Positions 29,425-40,785 of a DNA stretch of 45,294 nt are shown here, one piece after another (position 1 is the stretch's first letter; each line of letters opens with the position of its first letter). The stretch comes from Escherichia phage M01. Below the pieces are notes generated by a model that saw only the letters and a program-made list of their open reading frames with translations, ran no database searches and was not told the origin of the DNA. The position numbers and the translations under genes were made by a program. Location of the stretch: the sequence record OR061069; one strand, 5' to 3'.

Positions 29425-31628
29425 AACGTTTTAACTCCTGCACCTTCCGCTACAAGAGGGAACCCCTCGGCCCACTCCGGCAATTCGCACATCAATTTTT
29501 CCAGTTCAGCCACCGTGTACTCAGGTAAGTCCGGAGTTTCACAGACTAATCTCATCGTGGACACGAAAGCACGATCGGGTAGCCGTCCGCCCTCAACATT
29601 CAATCAGTCGCATATAGCCAGCAAATCACGGCACAGCGCCTGAATGCAATGTTTTCGCAGAGCTTTGCCGCCGTGGGTGTACAGGGTAGTCCCCACTGGC
29701 GGGTTAACTGGTTTTCACCCTGATACTTGATTCGCACATTCGTGTTTACCCGTCCGTCTTCGTCTGTTTCCTTTGTCACACTAACGCCGATTCCCGGATA
29801 CGAGAGGATGCGACCCGACGGCAACTCCATACACAACCACCAACCAGGAACCTTCCTGCCGGATGAATCAAATTCTACAGTACGCCATATGCGGATAGCA
29901 CGCTACGCCATTCTTGCGCAGATGCGCCCCGCCGCAAAATTCACGACCAGGATTACGAACAGCAGCTAAAATTCCGTCTTTAAGGTCGCGCCAGAAAGCT
30001 ACTGTTTCAGGGTGAGACTCCCGCCACATACGCTTGATAGCGTCGCAGGTACGCCACACTTTCTTATCAAGAATATACGATGGTCGGTCATCCTTTTCAC
30101 CGGGATGTGGCGGTCGCTTTGCTTCCTGAATACGCGCCCACTCATACCCACGTGCGGTAGCAGCCCAGATGTGGTCGGGGAAAGTCCCGTCCATTGTTTT
30201 TGCCATCTCAATAAGGTCAAGACCTAAGTTTTTAGCAAACGTAACGAACGCTCCGACGCCCCCTCATAGCCGAGGCCAAGCTCGCAAGCCTTGCCTATCT
30301 GTCTGATTTCCTTGAAGTTTTTCTTAATATCATCTGGGTCCATGCCAAACATCTTACCCGCGGTTACATAGTAAATATCAACCCGGCGCGGAACGTATCA
30401 AACGCGGTTTCTCCCCAGCCAGCCACGCAAGCCCGCGACCTTCAACGTTAGAGTAGTCAGCAACAACAAACTTATGCCCTTCTTCCGGTATGATGCAGCT
30501 ACGCACGGTAGATGCCGTCAGTTTTGCCACATCGAAACGGCGATGCGCTCGGCCCTTAAGTAACGCTGAAATGCCTTTATCCAGTTCATCATCGTGATAG
30601 TACCCGCGTGCGAGATTCTGCGGCTGGAAGCCTTTACCCGCCCATCGCAGAGTACGTTTTGCCCCGCCATACTGTAAACAACCGCGACGGCGGTCGTCCG
30701 ACGAGCGGCCTAACAGCAGCGGGTTATATTTCGTTGATGCGGTGGACGCGGCCCCGAGGCGCATTTCGATAATCGTGCGGGCGTCGTCAGGTAAATCATC
30801 GTCCGCCAGCAGGTCATGAAGCGTTGACTTCTGCGCGTTGTGGATGCGGTGCGCGGGGGCGAGTTCACGCAGAATCGGCAGAAAGTCTTTACCGGTAAGC
30901 GAGCCGCCGTATTTGCGTTGGGCTTCTTCCTGTAACTGTGCCTTGTGCTTCTCCACGGCTTCAATCGCGGCTTCCGCCAGTGCAACGTCAACCTTAAACC
31001 CACGGTCATTGATTAACTGGTCAAGTTCCAGTACACGGTCCTCGAACTCGGAGTTACCCCAACGCGGCAGCTTATGAAAGACTTCACGCATCGCGGTGAT
31101 GTCGCTCACGGCGTACTTGATGAACAGCGCCCACTCGTCCGGGTGTGTTTCGGCGGTGTAACGGCGGATTTTGTAGTTCTTCGGTGTAGGTTTGGAGAAA
31201 CGCTGAATCAGCGCCTTGCCGCGTTTATCTTTCGCGTTGTCCGCGGATACGCACAAGCACTTCGCACAATGCATCGAGCGACCCCGGCAGCGCGTGACGA
31301 AACGCCCAAATCATCGTATCAATGGTGTTGCTTACCGGAATATCAAAGCCCCAGCAGTGCTTCATGATGAGCCTGTCGAACATTGAGCCGTTGTGCCACA
31401 CCATCTTAATGCGGCTGTTCGGCTTAACCAGGCGGCGTAAGTGCGCGGTGCAAATCACCCGGCATGTCGCTGCTGTCGGTGCAATCCCATACCCTGCACA
31501 GGCTCGTCGTCAAAAGCATAGGTACAGATTAGCACTTCGGTAGTTGGGTGTTCGGCATAAGCGTAGGAGCCGACTTTCTTTAAATCGGCTTCGGAGAATG
31601 TTTCAAAGTCCAGGTATAAGTAGCTCAT
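29418..31628 (-). CDS. family A DNA polymerase with 3-prime-5-prime exonuclease domain, at least five frameshifts
   Basis: Exo motifs LDFETFS and WHNGSMFD; polymerase motifs DYSNVEGR and RQIGKACELGLGYEGG spread over several frames. Confidence 0.75.
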
Positions 31629-31644
31629 TATTTTTGACCCTTAG

Positions 31645-31670
31645 TAAAAAAGGCCCAATGAAGGGCCTTA
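31645..31670 (-). terminator. intrinsic terminator downstream of SSB gene
   Basis: stem aggccc/gggcct with T-tract on minus strand. Confidence 0.5.
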
Positions 31671-31688
31671 GTTAAATTGATTCAGATA

Positions 31689-32315
31689 TTAGCGGCGACG
31701 ACGTTCGCGGCGCGGTGCTTCATCTTCTTCATCGTCTTCCAGGTCATCGACGCTTGCAGCGACTTTAGAACCGCCGAACGCTTTACCTTCGCCGACGTAT
31801 TTAATCGCCAGCAGGTTAACGCCGAGAACTTTATATTTCTGGCTGAACCAGATTTCAACGCTTACATTAGCAACGCAGCCGCTGTAAACCTGTTCACCTT
31901 CAATCTGTTCGCCGTCTACATTGAAGTCCTGCTCTACCTGAGTCTCGCCTTTTTTAGAGGTTACAATAAGCGGCTGTTTCTGCGCCTTCGCTTTGAAGTA
32001 GAAGCCTTCCGGGAAGTCTTCAAACGGATTGTCGCGCTCTGCAATATCTTTAATCGCGCATTTATCCATGTGCTTACCTTCGCCGTAGTTGGACTTCATC
32101 CATTTCTCGGCGGCGGCTGCGCCTAACGCTTCTTCGACTACAGCGTAAACGGTGTCGTAGAGCGCATCGATTTGAGCATGGTCCGACGGCAGGATAATGG
32201 TTGCACTGTACTGGCCTTTGGTGATTGAGCCATCATCGTTTTCACGGTCTTTTTCGCGTTCAAATACGTTAACCCATGCAGTGTTTACTTTACGCAGATT
32301 TAATTTCAGTCCCAT
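31689..32315 (-). CDS. single-stranded DNA-binding protein (T7 gp2.5-like, acidic C-terminus)
   Basis: acidic tail DDLEDDEEDE; overall pattern resembles gp2.5 from memory. Confidence 0.5.
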   Translation of the reverse strand: MGLKLNLRKVNTAWVNVFEREKDRENDDGSITKGQYSATIILPSDHAQIDALYDTVYAVVEEALGAAAAEKWMKSNYGEGKHMDKCAIKDIAERDNPFEDFPEGFYFKAKAQKQPLIVTSKKGETQVEQDFNVDGEQIEGEQVYSGCVANVSVEIWFSQKYKVLGVNLLAIKYVGEGKAFGGSKVAASVDDLEDDEEDEAPRRERRRR

Positions 32316-32376
32316 CTTAATTTCTCGCTTCTTCAGTTTTCAGTTTACTCCGGTAGCTGCCCGGCCAGTGATTAGA

Positions 32377-32405
32377 AATATAATAGCTAACTATTCAGGT
32401 GTCAA
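32377..32405 (-). promoter_or_regulatory. sigma70 promoter with IR in spacer (-35 TTGACA, 17 bp, -10 TATATT)
   Basis: IR aatag-ctaa-ctatt; upstream of SSB gene. Confidence 0.55.
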
Positions 32406-32435
32406 CCCTTCCAGCCAGTTATTTTCTCAACTATC

Positions 32436-32654
32436 TCAATATACTTGTTTGGCCATTTCATGTTGTTTATGAAACGTAAGCGCCTGTGTCTTCCACGATT
32501 TGTCGCTCAGGATGGCTTCGATGTCGCGTGTTCGCATTAGGCATATCGTAAGGCACGCTATGATAAATGTTGGTATCGTTAGCGGCGACATAAGAACCCA
32601 GAAAATAATACACGCTACAAAACCGCCAATTACTCTGAACATTTTACGAATCAT
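32436..32654 (-). CDS. small membrane protein
   Basis: two hydrophobic segments; ATGA overlap with exonuclease stop. Confidence 0.4.
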   Translation of the reverse strand: MIRKMFRVIGGFVACIIFWVLMSPLTIPTFIIACLTICLMRTRDIEAILSDKSWKTQALTFHKQHEMAKQVY

Positions 32655-33898
32655 TCCAAATCCTCCTCTGTTACCTGATTCCACTCAGGACGTTTGTCGT
32701 CCGCCGTTGCGACGCATGGCGCGCCTGGTTTACGGGTAATGAAGTCTTTCAGTTCTTCTTCCGGTATTACTTTAACCGCTTCGGTCGGCGTCATGAGCAC
32801 TTCTTTGGTCAGCTTGCCGCCGTATTTCTCGGCCACTTTCTCTGCGTCTTTCCACGCGCGATTACCCGGCCGACCCTCAACCAGCTTGTACCCCGGTACT
32901 TTCTTGCCAGAATGCAACGCGGCGGCCATAGCTTTCTCGACCTTGTCGATGTGCTGGCGCAACAACGGCAACTTCTCATACTCAGCCACGAGTTGCTCCG
33001 GTGTAAGTTCCAGTGCGAAATCGTCCTCCAGTTCTTCCGCCAGCGCCGCGTTAACCGTCTTTGTACGCGCTGCGCACTGTTCTGAGAACCGACACCACTG
33101 ACAGCCGTCGACAGACGGCCTGAAGTCCGACGCTTTCAGGTTCTTCTTGCCGCGGAAATACGCATCTAAGCGCTAACAGTGCACGTTTCTGCGCGAACTT
33201 AGCGAACAGTTCCAGACCTTCAACCGAGATGTCCCACTCCGACGCACCGCCAGCGTACGGCTGGAAGATGACCAGACGGACAACTGTGATGTTATAACGT
33301 CTCTTGAGTCGGCGATAAACACCGAGAGCGTAAAGCATAAGCTGCTTGTTTTCTTTCGCTTCGACACGATGCCGTCCTGTTTTCAGGTCGCCGATAATGA
33401 GCATGTGATCGTCGGTGTTCGCCAGCTCCTGAACGGCAACAAGGTCAGCGGTTCCGAACGTCTCGACACCTTCATAGCCCAGGATGCAATACCTCAGTAA
33501 GATTGACTCGCATTTCCAGCTTGGCGTAAGTCGCTACGTCGATAATCGCTTTGCAGTAGTCTGTGTACTTGCGCACCTGCTCAATCATATCCGCCGTAAT
33601 CAGTACCGCGCCCTTCATCGGGCTGATTAGCGCCTTAATCTGGCCTTTACCTTCATCAAGCACATAAGCACCGACTTCGCGCTCTAACGGCAGCGCAGTA
33701 CCGCGTGATATAGTGCGTTGAGATGTACCTCAGCTATTGTATGCATAGCTGTGCCTAACACGGCAGCTTTGCCGGACGTGTTAGGAATATCTTTTTCACA
33801 GGCCAGTGATGCACTGCACAGCTCAGCCACTTTTTAGCACCTGACGGCGATAGTAATGCGTGCACATCGTTATTGCCGCCGCGTTCTTTTAGAATCAT
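32651..33898 (-). CDS. PD-(D/E)xK exonuclease (Cas4/RecB-like) with C-terminal extension, multiple frameshifts
   Basis: motifs LSPSGAKKW, DLKTGR, Cys cluster CQWCRFSEQC across frames. Confidence 0.55.
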
Positions 33899-34243
33899 CG
33901 TAAACTCTCCAAATACAAGTTTAATGCCTGTAACTGTTCTTCTGTGGGAATGAAAGAATCATCGCGGTGTAAGTCGCTTAACTGTTGCAACATTCCTGCG
34001 AACTTACGTCTTGCGTCGACAGCGACCATGTGATGCTTTTCACTTTTGTATATTAATGTTTTCGGGTAATCCCTCAAGCCTGCCAGACGATTTATTCACT
34101 CGGAGCGCCCGAGCTTCATGCGCAATGTGTATGTACTTTTTACCGTTTTGTAGCACAGTAGCTACACCGCTGTTCTTTCTGCGGTCGCCGACGGTATAAA
34201 CTTTGTCGCCGCTGCGCAAATTAAGCCACCATTTATCAGTCAT
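33895..34243 (-). CDS. hypothetical protein, frameshift near 34050
   Basis: two overlapping ORFs in adjacent frames; ATGA overlaps. Confidence 0.3.
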
Positions 34244-34512
34244 GCTCTGTTCTCCCACTGGTCAATTAAATGTCTGGTCTTATGGTCGCAGTGCATAGCC
34301 CACCCATACATCGACTCGAAGACATAAAAGTCAGGTTTGGCGAATGTCGTGCGCTTAATCTGCGACACGTGACGGCCTATATCTTTAGGCCGCGGTACTT
34401 TGCCTAAGTACGCCATCTCTTCCATCTGGTGCGCACCCGACGGCGCACGCAACAGCCACAGAGCCTCTGTGTTATCCCGCCTGTCCACGGCAAGGTAGAG
34501 TTGGTAAATCAT
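34240..34512 (-). CDS. hypothetical protein (90 aa)
   Basis: ORF track. Confidence 0.4.
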   Translation of the reverse strand: MIYQLYLAVDRRDNTEALWLLRAPSGAHQMEEMAYLGKVPRPKDIGRHVSQIKRTTFAKPDFYVFESMYGWAMHCDHKTRHLIDQWENRA

Positions 34513-34823
34513 TGTGCCTTCTCCTGCATTTCCAGAAAGACTATCATGGCCGCGCGGAGTGGCTTGCCATAGGCAACACCCACTTCTGTATCGTCGTCGT
34601 TAAATAAATCCCGAGCGTTTGACGTCGCACACGGCATTGTCGGGTTATCTAAAATAAGGCTGATGTTGTTTTCTTCAATAATAGGCCACGCATCCTCTAT
34701 CCGATTACAATAGTCTACCGCCCCAGAAGCTAACTCCATCTGATGTCCTCGAGAAACATCGCCGTATAGCGTACGGCTAACCCGTGCATTAATTTCTATG
34801 TCTGTTAAATTTTCGTAGTTCAT
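34509..34823 (-). CDS. hypothetical protein (104 aa)
   Basis: ORF track. Confidence 0.4.
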   Translation of the reverse strand: MNYENLTDIEINARVSRTLYGDVSRGHQMELASGAVDYCNRIEDAWPIIEENNISLILDNPTMPCATSNARDLFNDDDTEVGVAYGKPLRAAMIVFLEMQEKAQ

Positions 34824-34865
34824 AATTCCGACCCCAGTTAAAGCGGCCCGAAGGCCGCCGGATAG

Positions 34866-35356
34866 TTATTCTTCTTCGAAATACTTGTTCTTGATTGCCG
34901 TCAGGCGCTCCAGGTATTCAGCCAGGTCTTCGTCTTTAATCGCGGCAATCTTCATCTTCTTACCGGTGAACTCCTCCAGCAGTTCATCGGAATCATCGCA
35001 CGCAGCATCACTAGGACCTTCATTAATCGCATCGTCGATGGCCTGAATCTGGTCACGAAGAGACTGGTAATCGACTTCTTCTTTCACTTCTTCCGGTTCT
35101 GGCGTTGGTTCCTCTACTTTAGCTTTACGCTGCTTGCGTTTCGGCTTTCTTCTTCTGCTGGTTGAGTGTCGACGGTGTCTTCACCTTCTACCGGGATTTC
35201 TTTTGTTGTTTTTCGCAACAGTAGGTCTCGATTGTTGCAGTTTCGCGCACCACTGCGACGGATAGCTTCGGCAGTTCGGTCGGCGCACTGTTCGCTGCAA
35301 TAATTTCGTGCGCAACTACGAAACGTTCCAGTAATACTAAGAATTGTCTCTAACAT
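34866..35356 (-). CDS. hypothetical protein with Cys-rich N-terminus and acidic C-terminus, frameshift near 35100
   Basis: two ORFs in adjacent frames. Confidence 0.35.
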
Positions 35357-35390
35357 TTGTTTCTCTCCTGTTTATTTATATTTAACGGTT

Positions 35391-35522
35391 TTAACTAACT
35401 GACTCTGTTACTTTGTCGAAGAAGCCAACACGATTGTTGCTCACGCGATAGCGCGCAGTTTCTTTAACCCCGAATGCTATATCAAGTCCTAACAGAATCT
35501 TTGCTTTGCGGTTGTTAATCAT
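35391..35522 (-). CDS. hypothetical small protein (43 aa)
   Basis: first ORF downstream of promoter 35554-35582. Confidence 0.25.
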   Translation of the reverse strand: MINNRKAKILLGLDIAFGVKETARYRVSNNRVGFFDKVTESVS

Positions 35523-35553
35523 TTGTTTCTTTCCTCTCATTTGGTATGGGCTA

Positions 35554-35582
35554 ACTATAATAGCGAACTATTCACATGTCAA
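35554..35582 (-). promoter_or_regulatory. sigma70 promoter with IR in spacer (-35 TTGACA, 17 bp, -10 TATAGT)
   Basis: IR aatag-cgaa-ctatt. Confidence 0.55.
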
Positions 35583-35600
35583 TTGGCTTTTCTAAAATAA

Positions 35601-35627
35601 TTAATATGGTACTATTCACATATCAAC
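35601..35627 (+). promoter_or_regulatory. putative promoter/operator of HTH regulator gene (degenerate IR copy)
   Basis: ggtactattca half-site; -10-like TAATAT 35602-35607; divergent from 35554-35582. Confidence 0.4.
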
Positions 35628-35646
35628 TGACTAAGGAGTAATTGAC

Positions 35647-35862
35647 ATGCAACCATCTGAACTAGGCATTCGTGTAGAACAACGCCGTAAAGAACTCGGC
35701 ATCTCACAGCGCCGTCTGGCTGTCCTGGCCGGCGTTTCCCAGGGTGCGATTAACCAGCTCGCACTCGGGGTAACTCAGGACGTCCGCCCGGCAACGCTGT
35801 TTAAACTGGCGGAAGTGCTGCAAGTAGACGCCAAGTGGCTGGCGTTCGGTGAAGGGGCTTAA
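35647..35862 (+). CDS. XRE-family HTH transcriptional regulator (Cro/CI-like, 71 aa)
   Basis: HTH QRRLAVLAGVSQGAINQL; flanked by operator-like repeats. Confidence 0.6.
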   Translation: MQPSELGIRVEQRRKELGISQRRLAVLAGVSQGAINQLALGVTQDVRPATLFKLAEVLQVDAKWLAFGEGA

Positions 35863-35878
35863 CGCCCCTTTCTTTTTA
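35852..35878. terminator. intrinsic terminator after HTH gene
   Basis: aggggc-ttaac-gcccct then TTTCTTTTT. Confidence 0.5.
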
Positions 35879-35879
35879 C

Positions 35880-38122
35880 CTATTCCAAATCCTCCTCTGT
35901 AACCACCAGCATTTCATTTGGTTCGTATATTGTCTTCGGTCTTAATCTGTCACCCATCTTTTCCGGTATCCGGTATGTGCCTGGCATAACTTCACCGTTA
36001 ACATCGCACCCGAGCATCAACTCCCCGTCTTTCAGCATCTTCTCGAGATGGTGGTTGGTGATGGCGTGGTCGCCCGAGTTCGCTACTATCTGCCGTTGGG
36101 TAAAACCTCGTCCGGTGTCGTTAGACTGTTGCAGGTCTTCCAGCGCGGCGAGTATGGATTCCTTACGTCCTCCATCCTTCCCACGTTTTACGGCATTCTT
36201 TACGTTTTCTTTACCTTCCTTTGTTATGCCTTCTTCCCGCTCTTTCTCCTCGTCAGTTTTGAACGGTTCGAAGCCCCACGGCATCAGCACAAGCGCCTTG
36301 TGAGGCTCAGGCAGGTCGAGGTTTACGATTGTGCCATATTCCTCGGTGCTACCCAGGAACTCAACAGCACGGTATTCTTTCGGCGGCGGGGCTTCACGGA
36401 ACTGTACGGACTCCAGAACCATACCGACAGTTTTCTGTTGAGGCCCGTGCTTAAATTTAGAGTGGTATACATTTATTTGACGGTCGGTTGCACGTTCGAT
36501 TGTCAGTTCCACGTCGACACCTGCATACAGTGCCCCGCTGCCACGGGCTTTCTTTCCCCCTTCGGCGTATGATGGACAACACCTACCGCGGCTTTAGTCG
36601 CGTCGCGTACTTCTTTCAGGATGGCGATAACTTTACCCATGCCGATTGCCGTTGATGAACTGTTCTCGTCAAACTTATCAATCGTCAGGGCCAGCGTCTG
36701 GTTGAGGGTGTCGAACGCGACCATACCGATTGGCTCGTCGCCAGCAGTTTCGCGCATTAACTTAATCAGGTTTTTCAGTTTGCGCGAGACTTCGCCCATA
36801 TCAATGACATGTATGTAATCTTTACCTTCCTCGCCGTATTTAGCCGCGAGCGCGTCAATACGTGTGCGTGTAGCAGCGCCACCCTCACCGTCGATATAGA
36901 AGTGATGACAACGCTGGGTATCAGCCCCCGCAAACCGGTATCCGGCGGCGCTGAGATACATCATCCCCAGAGTATAAAACGATTTGTACGTGCCAGATTC
37001 CCCGACAATATCCCATATGCAATCCGACGGCATGTACCCTTCAACGACGAAATCAGCCTTTACCGGTTCTGGTAACTCGTCCTCCTCTGAGTCCTCGTCG
37101 TCTTCCAGGTCGTCGAGGCTGCATGAAACGGATTCACGCACACCCCAGCCGATTGCCTCAGCGACTTCACTGAACGGTAGCCCGGTCGCATCACACGCAT
37201 ACTTCCACACCTCTTTCGGTGACATGCCTTCGGTCGCCGTAATGTCGGTGTCGTGAATCATTGTTACGTTAGGCGCTTCGTACCCTTCACGCGGGAAACA
37301 CAGCAGGAAGTCGTCCGGGCGCGGCGTCGGGTCGCTGTAGTTTTCTGCGTGTTCTGGCGTAGCTGGCATCTTTAGGCCACGCGGCGTCATGATGCCACCG
37401 TACTCGAACGCCAGTGCCTCAAACGCATCTGTAAACGCGGTGCGCAGTTCTTCCGGTATCTGGTAGTCAGATGCGCTGCTGATGTCAACGGCTGGGACGC
37501 CTTCCAGTAACTCATCAGGGTCAATCAGGTCGTTGCGGCGCGACCAGATAACAGTAGAGCCAACTGGCGGCAGGTACATCGGCTGCGACAGAGTGAACCC
37601 GCTGCGGTCCGCGCCCATGCCTTTGAAGAAGTGCTCCAGTAATCCATGGCGAACACGGATGATGTCGCCACCTTCAACCGGGCGGGCCAGCGGCATGACG
37701 ACGCGAAAGCGCGGCGACTCGTCGGTATGTGATGCCGTGGTGTAGAGACACATCGCCTGGCGGCTGCGCTTAACCAGGCGCACCGCTTCCTGATACTCTT
37801 CCGGTGTTGCGCTGTCGAAGTCCAGGTACGCCAGCGAAGATTTGCTTACAGACGCATCACAGCGATAGAAGAAGCCTTTACGCGCTTGCTTAAAGTCGCC
37901 TGTTTCCGGGTCTTTTACGGTGCTGTGTGTGGAGTCGCACGCGGCGGTGATATAACCGGGTGCGGTCTTCGGGTTAATTCCGTCACGGACAGCATCAAGC
38001 GGCTGGATTAAATCTTTCAGGTCGCCCAGCGTTGCCGTGTGTGTGGTTCTGACGTTTATATCCTTTTTCTCCGCCCGCGCGTTGCGACGAGACCACGAGT
38101 AGGATAAAATTACATCGGACAT
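35880..38122 (-). CDS. primase-polymerase / RecA-fold helicase fusion, frameshift near 36510
   Basis: Walker A GESGTYKS, Walker B MVAFDTL, HHTPK motif; N-terminal AEP-like AYLDFD. Confidence 0.7.
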
Positions 38123-38180
38123 GTTATATTTCCTTCAGCAAGTAATTTAGCCTCGGCGTTCACCGCGTCGGGGCTTTCTT

Positions 38181-38413
38181 TTATTCCAGGTCTTCTAAAG
38201 TAGCGGTCATTCCGCGAACTTCGGCAACAGCACTATATTTCCCGCCAACATTTTTCACGACACCAGATTTAACCAGTACCTTCAACGACCCTTCAATAAT
38301 GGCGGAACTATAGTACCTAAAATAACTACGGCGCAAGTCCATAACGCTGCACGACCCTTTTTACAGGTTAATGAAACGACTGCCGTAAATACGCGGGACT
38401 GGAACTCGGTCAT
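38181..38413 (-). CDS. hypothetical protein, probable frameshift; boundaries uncertain
   Basis: good RBS ggagaa; ATGA overlap with upstream HTH gene. Confidence 0.2.
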
Positions 38414-38581
38414 TTTACATTCTCCTTAATCCACGCTTCCACTTTCTCCGGGTCGAAAGTACCCGGCTGCCGGCGGCCCATAATACGGATACAACAATCC
38501 GGGAACTTCCCACTCTTTAACCAGTTATTCAGCGTGCGGCGAGTAACCCCGATACGCTCAGCTACTTCATTCTGTGTCATT
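38410..38581 (-). CDS. HTH DNA-binding protein (excisionase/MerR-like fold)
   Basis: motif TQNEVAERIGVTRRTLNNW. Confidence 0.5.
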
Positions 38582-38608
38582 CTCAAACCCCCATTATCAG
38601 TTAACGAA

Positions 38609-38640
38609 ACCAAGTATACATTGCGAATAATGGGAAATCA
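38609..38640 (-). promoter_or_regulatory. sigma70-like promoter (-35 TTGATT, 17 bp, -10 TATACT) for HTH/primase-helicase operon
   Basis: read on minus strand. Confidence 0.4.
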
Positions 38641-38657
38641 AACATAATCGCACCTAT

Positions 38658-38955
38658 TGACATTATGAAAATCTTCGTTTAAGGTGCTTCTGTATCTTAG
38701 TTACTTTGATTCCTGTTCACCTTGTAAGAATGTTTAACCGAAAACGTGCGTCAACGCAAAGTGTTAAGCGACAGGCTTACTGAACATTCGAGAATTATCG
38801 TAACTTTCCTTCCTAAGTATCTCCGGTTGCCCTGGGCAAGCTCTATTCTCATCGGCAGCATATCTCTTAAGTATCTGATTTTCTTAAAGTGCCGTAGATT
38901 CGCAACCGTAAAAATGTAACGATTATTGGGCAGGCTTAGGGCCTGCCCTTTAGTT
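38658..38955 (+). other. noncoding region: plus-strand promoter-like TTGACA 38658-38663, direct repeats TAAGTATCT (38814-38822, 38868-38876), terminator 38928-38955
   Basis: no ORF of 60 aa or more; adjacent to replication genes. Confidence 0.3.
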
Positions 38956-39042
38956 ACCAAGTAATAAGAATAAAGGCACAACCCTACCTGAAGAATCACA
39001 ACGGCAACGTAACCATTTTCAATGAATCTCTTGCACACCCCA

Positions 39043-39068
39043 ACATAATAGGATACTATTCACTTATC
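39043..39068 (+). promoter_or_regulatory. promoter with IR copy (-10 CATAAT, aatag-gata-ctatt)
   Basis: same architecture as copies A-C; upstream of ATG 39094. Confidence 0.45.
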
Positions 39069-39093
39069 GAAACGAGACATAAGGAATTCAGAA

Positions 39094-39312
39094 ATGAACA
39101 AAGCGACTGCAAGCGTGGTTTCCGCAATCAGAGAAGTTTACGGCATCGATATTTCAGAGCGCGTAATTATCGGGAACAAACGCAACTTCTTTACGTTCGA
39201 CACCGACGGAATGGATGAAAATGATTTTATTAACGTACAACGTTTCGCCATCGGTAAAGGGCTCCGTAACGAGCCTGCAGGTTACAAGAAATTCGCTATC
39301 TACTTTAAATAA
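39094..39312 (+). CDS. hypothetical protein (72 aa)
   Basis: RBS aaggaa; ORF track. Confidence 0.4.
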   Translation: MNKATASVVSAIREVYGIDISERVIIGNKRNFFTFDTDGMDENDFINVQRFAIGKGLRNEPAGYKKFAIYFK

Positions 39313-39330
39313 GACAAAGGGGTGAGGGTT

Positions 39331-39516
39331 ATGTTTAAGAAAGGTCAGTTGGTTAGGGATAAATTTAGCGGCGATTTATTCACTGTAATAGAGTCGAAGC
39401 TAATGTGGTTCGGTTTTGTTGAGGTTAATAGCGTAGCTGGGTTTGGTAAAGGACTGCTCCGTAAATGCGATTTAACACTCATCGGCAACAATTTTAAATT
39501 CAAAGGGGCGAAGTGA
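39331..39516 (+). CDS. hypothetical protein (61 aa)
   Basis: RBS aaagggg; AT-rich. Confidence 0.35.
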   Translation: MFKKGQLVRDKFSGDLFTVIESKLMWFGFVEVNSVAGFGKGLLRKCDLTLIGNNFKFKGAK

Positions 39517-39840
39517 TGGAAGAATTAATTTGCGTTGAATCAAGTCAAATGTGAGCGTGAGTTTGAAGTCAGGTAACAAGTATTCGTACGGCGGTATATT
39601 ACAACGACCTGATTACGATTATGTTATTGGTGAAGACAGTGATGCGAATGGGTTTAGTTGACGCAGTTCGGAGACTGATGACCGTTCGGTATATTTGATG
39701 GTGGACTGAGAGCCTCATTCACAACGGCATCGAATCATGATGCTCGTGCCGACGACTCTGAGGGAGGTTGCCGTGAATAATTACCCGTTTATTTTAATTG
39801 TCAGCGCCGTTTATGCGGTGCACGCGTTGTGGGGGTTGGT

Positions 39841-40044
39841 ATGGTAGCCGCGGGATATGCTGTACATCTCTATTGTGATTGCGATGAGTGTAATTCAAAA
39901 CAATGGAGTATGCCGGACTCAGGGGAGTATACCGGGGAAACGTGGTCCGAGTGTGCAAGGCAAGCAAGGTCCGACGGTTGGGTGATAAGCAAAGACAGAA
40001 CACGGTGCTATGCCCCTGGGCACAATGTTAGACGCAGGAGTTGA
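39841..40044 (+). CDS. Cys-rich hypothetical protein (possible zinc-binding)
   Basis: CDCDEC...C...C pattern; GTG 39829 alternative start. Confidence 0.4.
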   Translation: MVAAGYAVHLYCDCDECNSKQWSMPDSGEYTGETWSECARQARSDGWVISKDRTRCYAPGHNVRRRS

Positions 40045-40047
40045 GTT

Positions 40048-40239
40048 ATGAAAAATTATGATGCGACTAAGTTTGACCAGGCGTTACTAATTAACAAGTT
40101 CTATGAAAGATACCCTTTGTCTGAGTTTAAAACAGATTCTGAAAGAGCCGAAGCACTTGGATATTTTATGGCTGGCGCCGAGTTGCAAAGGCTTGGAGAT
40201 TTCATAGTGTACCCTGACTTAGAAGACGATGAGGACTAA
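40048..40239 (+). CDS. hypothetical acidic protein (63 aa)
   Basis: RBS aggag. Confidence 0.4.
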   Translation: MKNYDATKFDQALLINKFYERYPLSEFKTDSERAEALGYFMAGAELQRLGDFIVYPDLEDDED

Positions 40240-40242
40240 GTT

Positions 40243-40434
40243 ATGAGAATTCGTATAACAGAGGTGAACAGTTTTCAACCCGCACACTATGGTGACCATC
40301 CCCTATACCATTTTGGCGTGGCCGTCGGGGATGAGTTTGAGGTTGTAGATGTGCATGGGTACGGGTTTATCGTCGAAACTGATGATGGACCGTTATTCAT
40401 TAGACGTGGTGAATGTGAAGTTCTGGAGGACTAA
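40243..40434 (+). CDS. hypothetical acidic protein (63 aa)
   Basis: ORF track. Confidence 0.4.
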   Translation: MRIRITEVNSFQPAHYGDHPLYHFGVAVGDEFEVVDVHGYGFIVETDDGPLFIRRGECEVLED

Positions 40435-40437
40435 GTT

Positions 40438-40581
40438 ATGAGAGAAGCATTCGAACGGTGGGCTGTCGTCGAGGGTCTGCCGGTTAACAAAGGTTCAAAG
40501 AAAGAGTACCTGAACGTTAAGACGCGTCTAGCGTGGCGGGCGTGGAAAGCTGGTGTGCAAGCTGTGATGAATACGAGGTGA
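40438..40581 (+). CDS. hypothetical protein (47 aa)
   Basis: ATG 40438, stop 40579-40581. Confidence 0.3.
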   Translation: MREAFERWAVVEGLPVNKGSKKEYLNVKTRLAWRAWKAGVQAVMNTR

Positions 40582-40584
40582 GAT

Positions 40585-40785
40585 ATGGGTAAGTGGATTA
40601 AGTGCAGTGAGCAGATGCCCGCTCCTTTCTCTCATGTACTTGTGACTGATGGGGGAGAGGTTGAGATTAAATGGTTCGATGATGATTCGGATGAGTGGGA
40701 TAGTTGGGATGAATTCAACTCTGTCATAGACAACGAGGATATAACGCACTGGAGGAAATTGCCTAAACCGCCGAAACTGGTGTAA
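40585..40785 (+). CDS. hypothetical protein (DUF551-like pattern)
   Basis: W-rich acidic pattern with C-terminal HWRKLPKPP. Confidence 0.4.
   Translation: MGKWIKCSEQMPAPFSHVLVTDGGEVEIKWFDDDSDEWDSWDEFNSVIDNEDITHWRKLPKPPKLV

Noticed and set aside
38148-38185. Plus-strand hairpin with T-tract inside the minus-strand replication operon, considered as a terminator
   Set aside because: No plus-strand promoter or gene upstream that it could serve; overlaps the 3-prime end of a probable minus-strand ORF.
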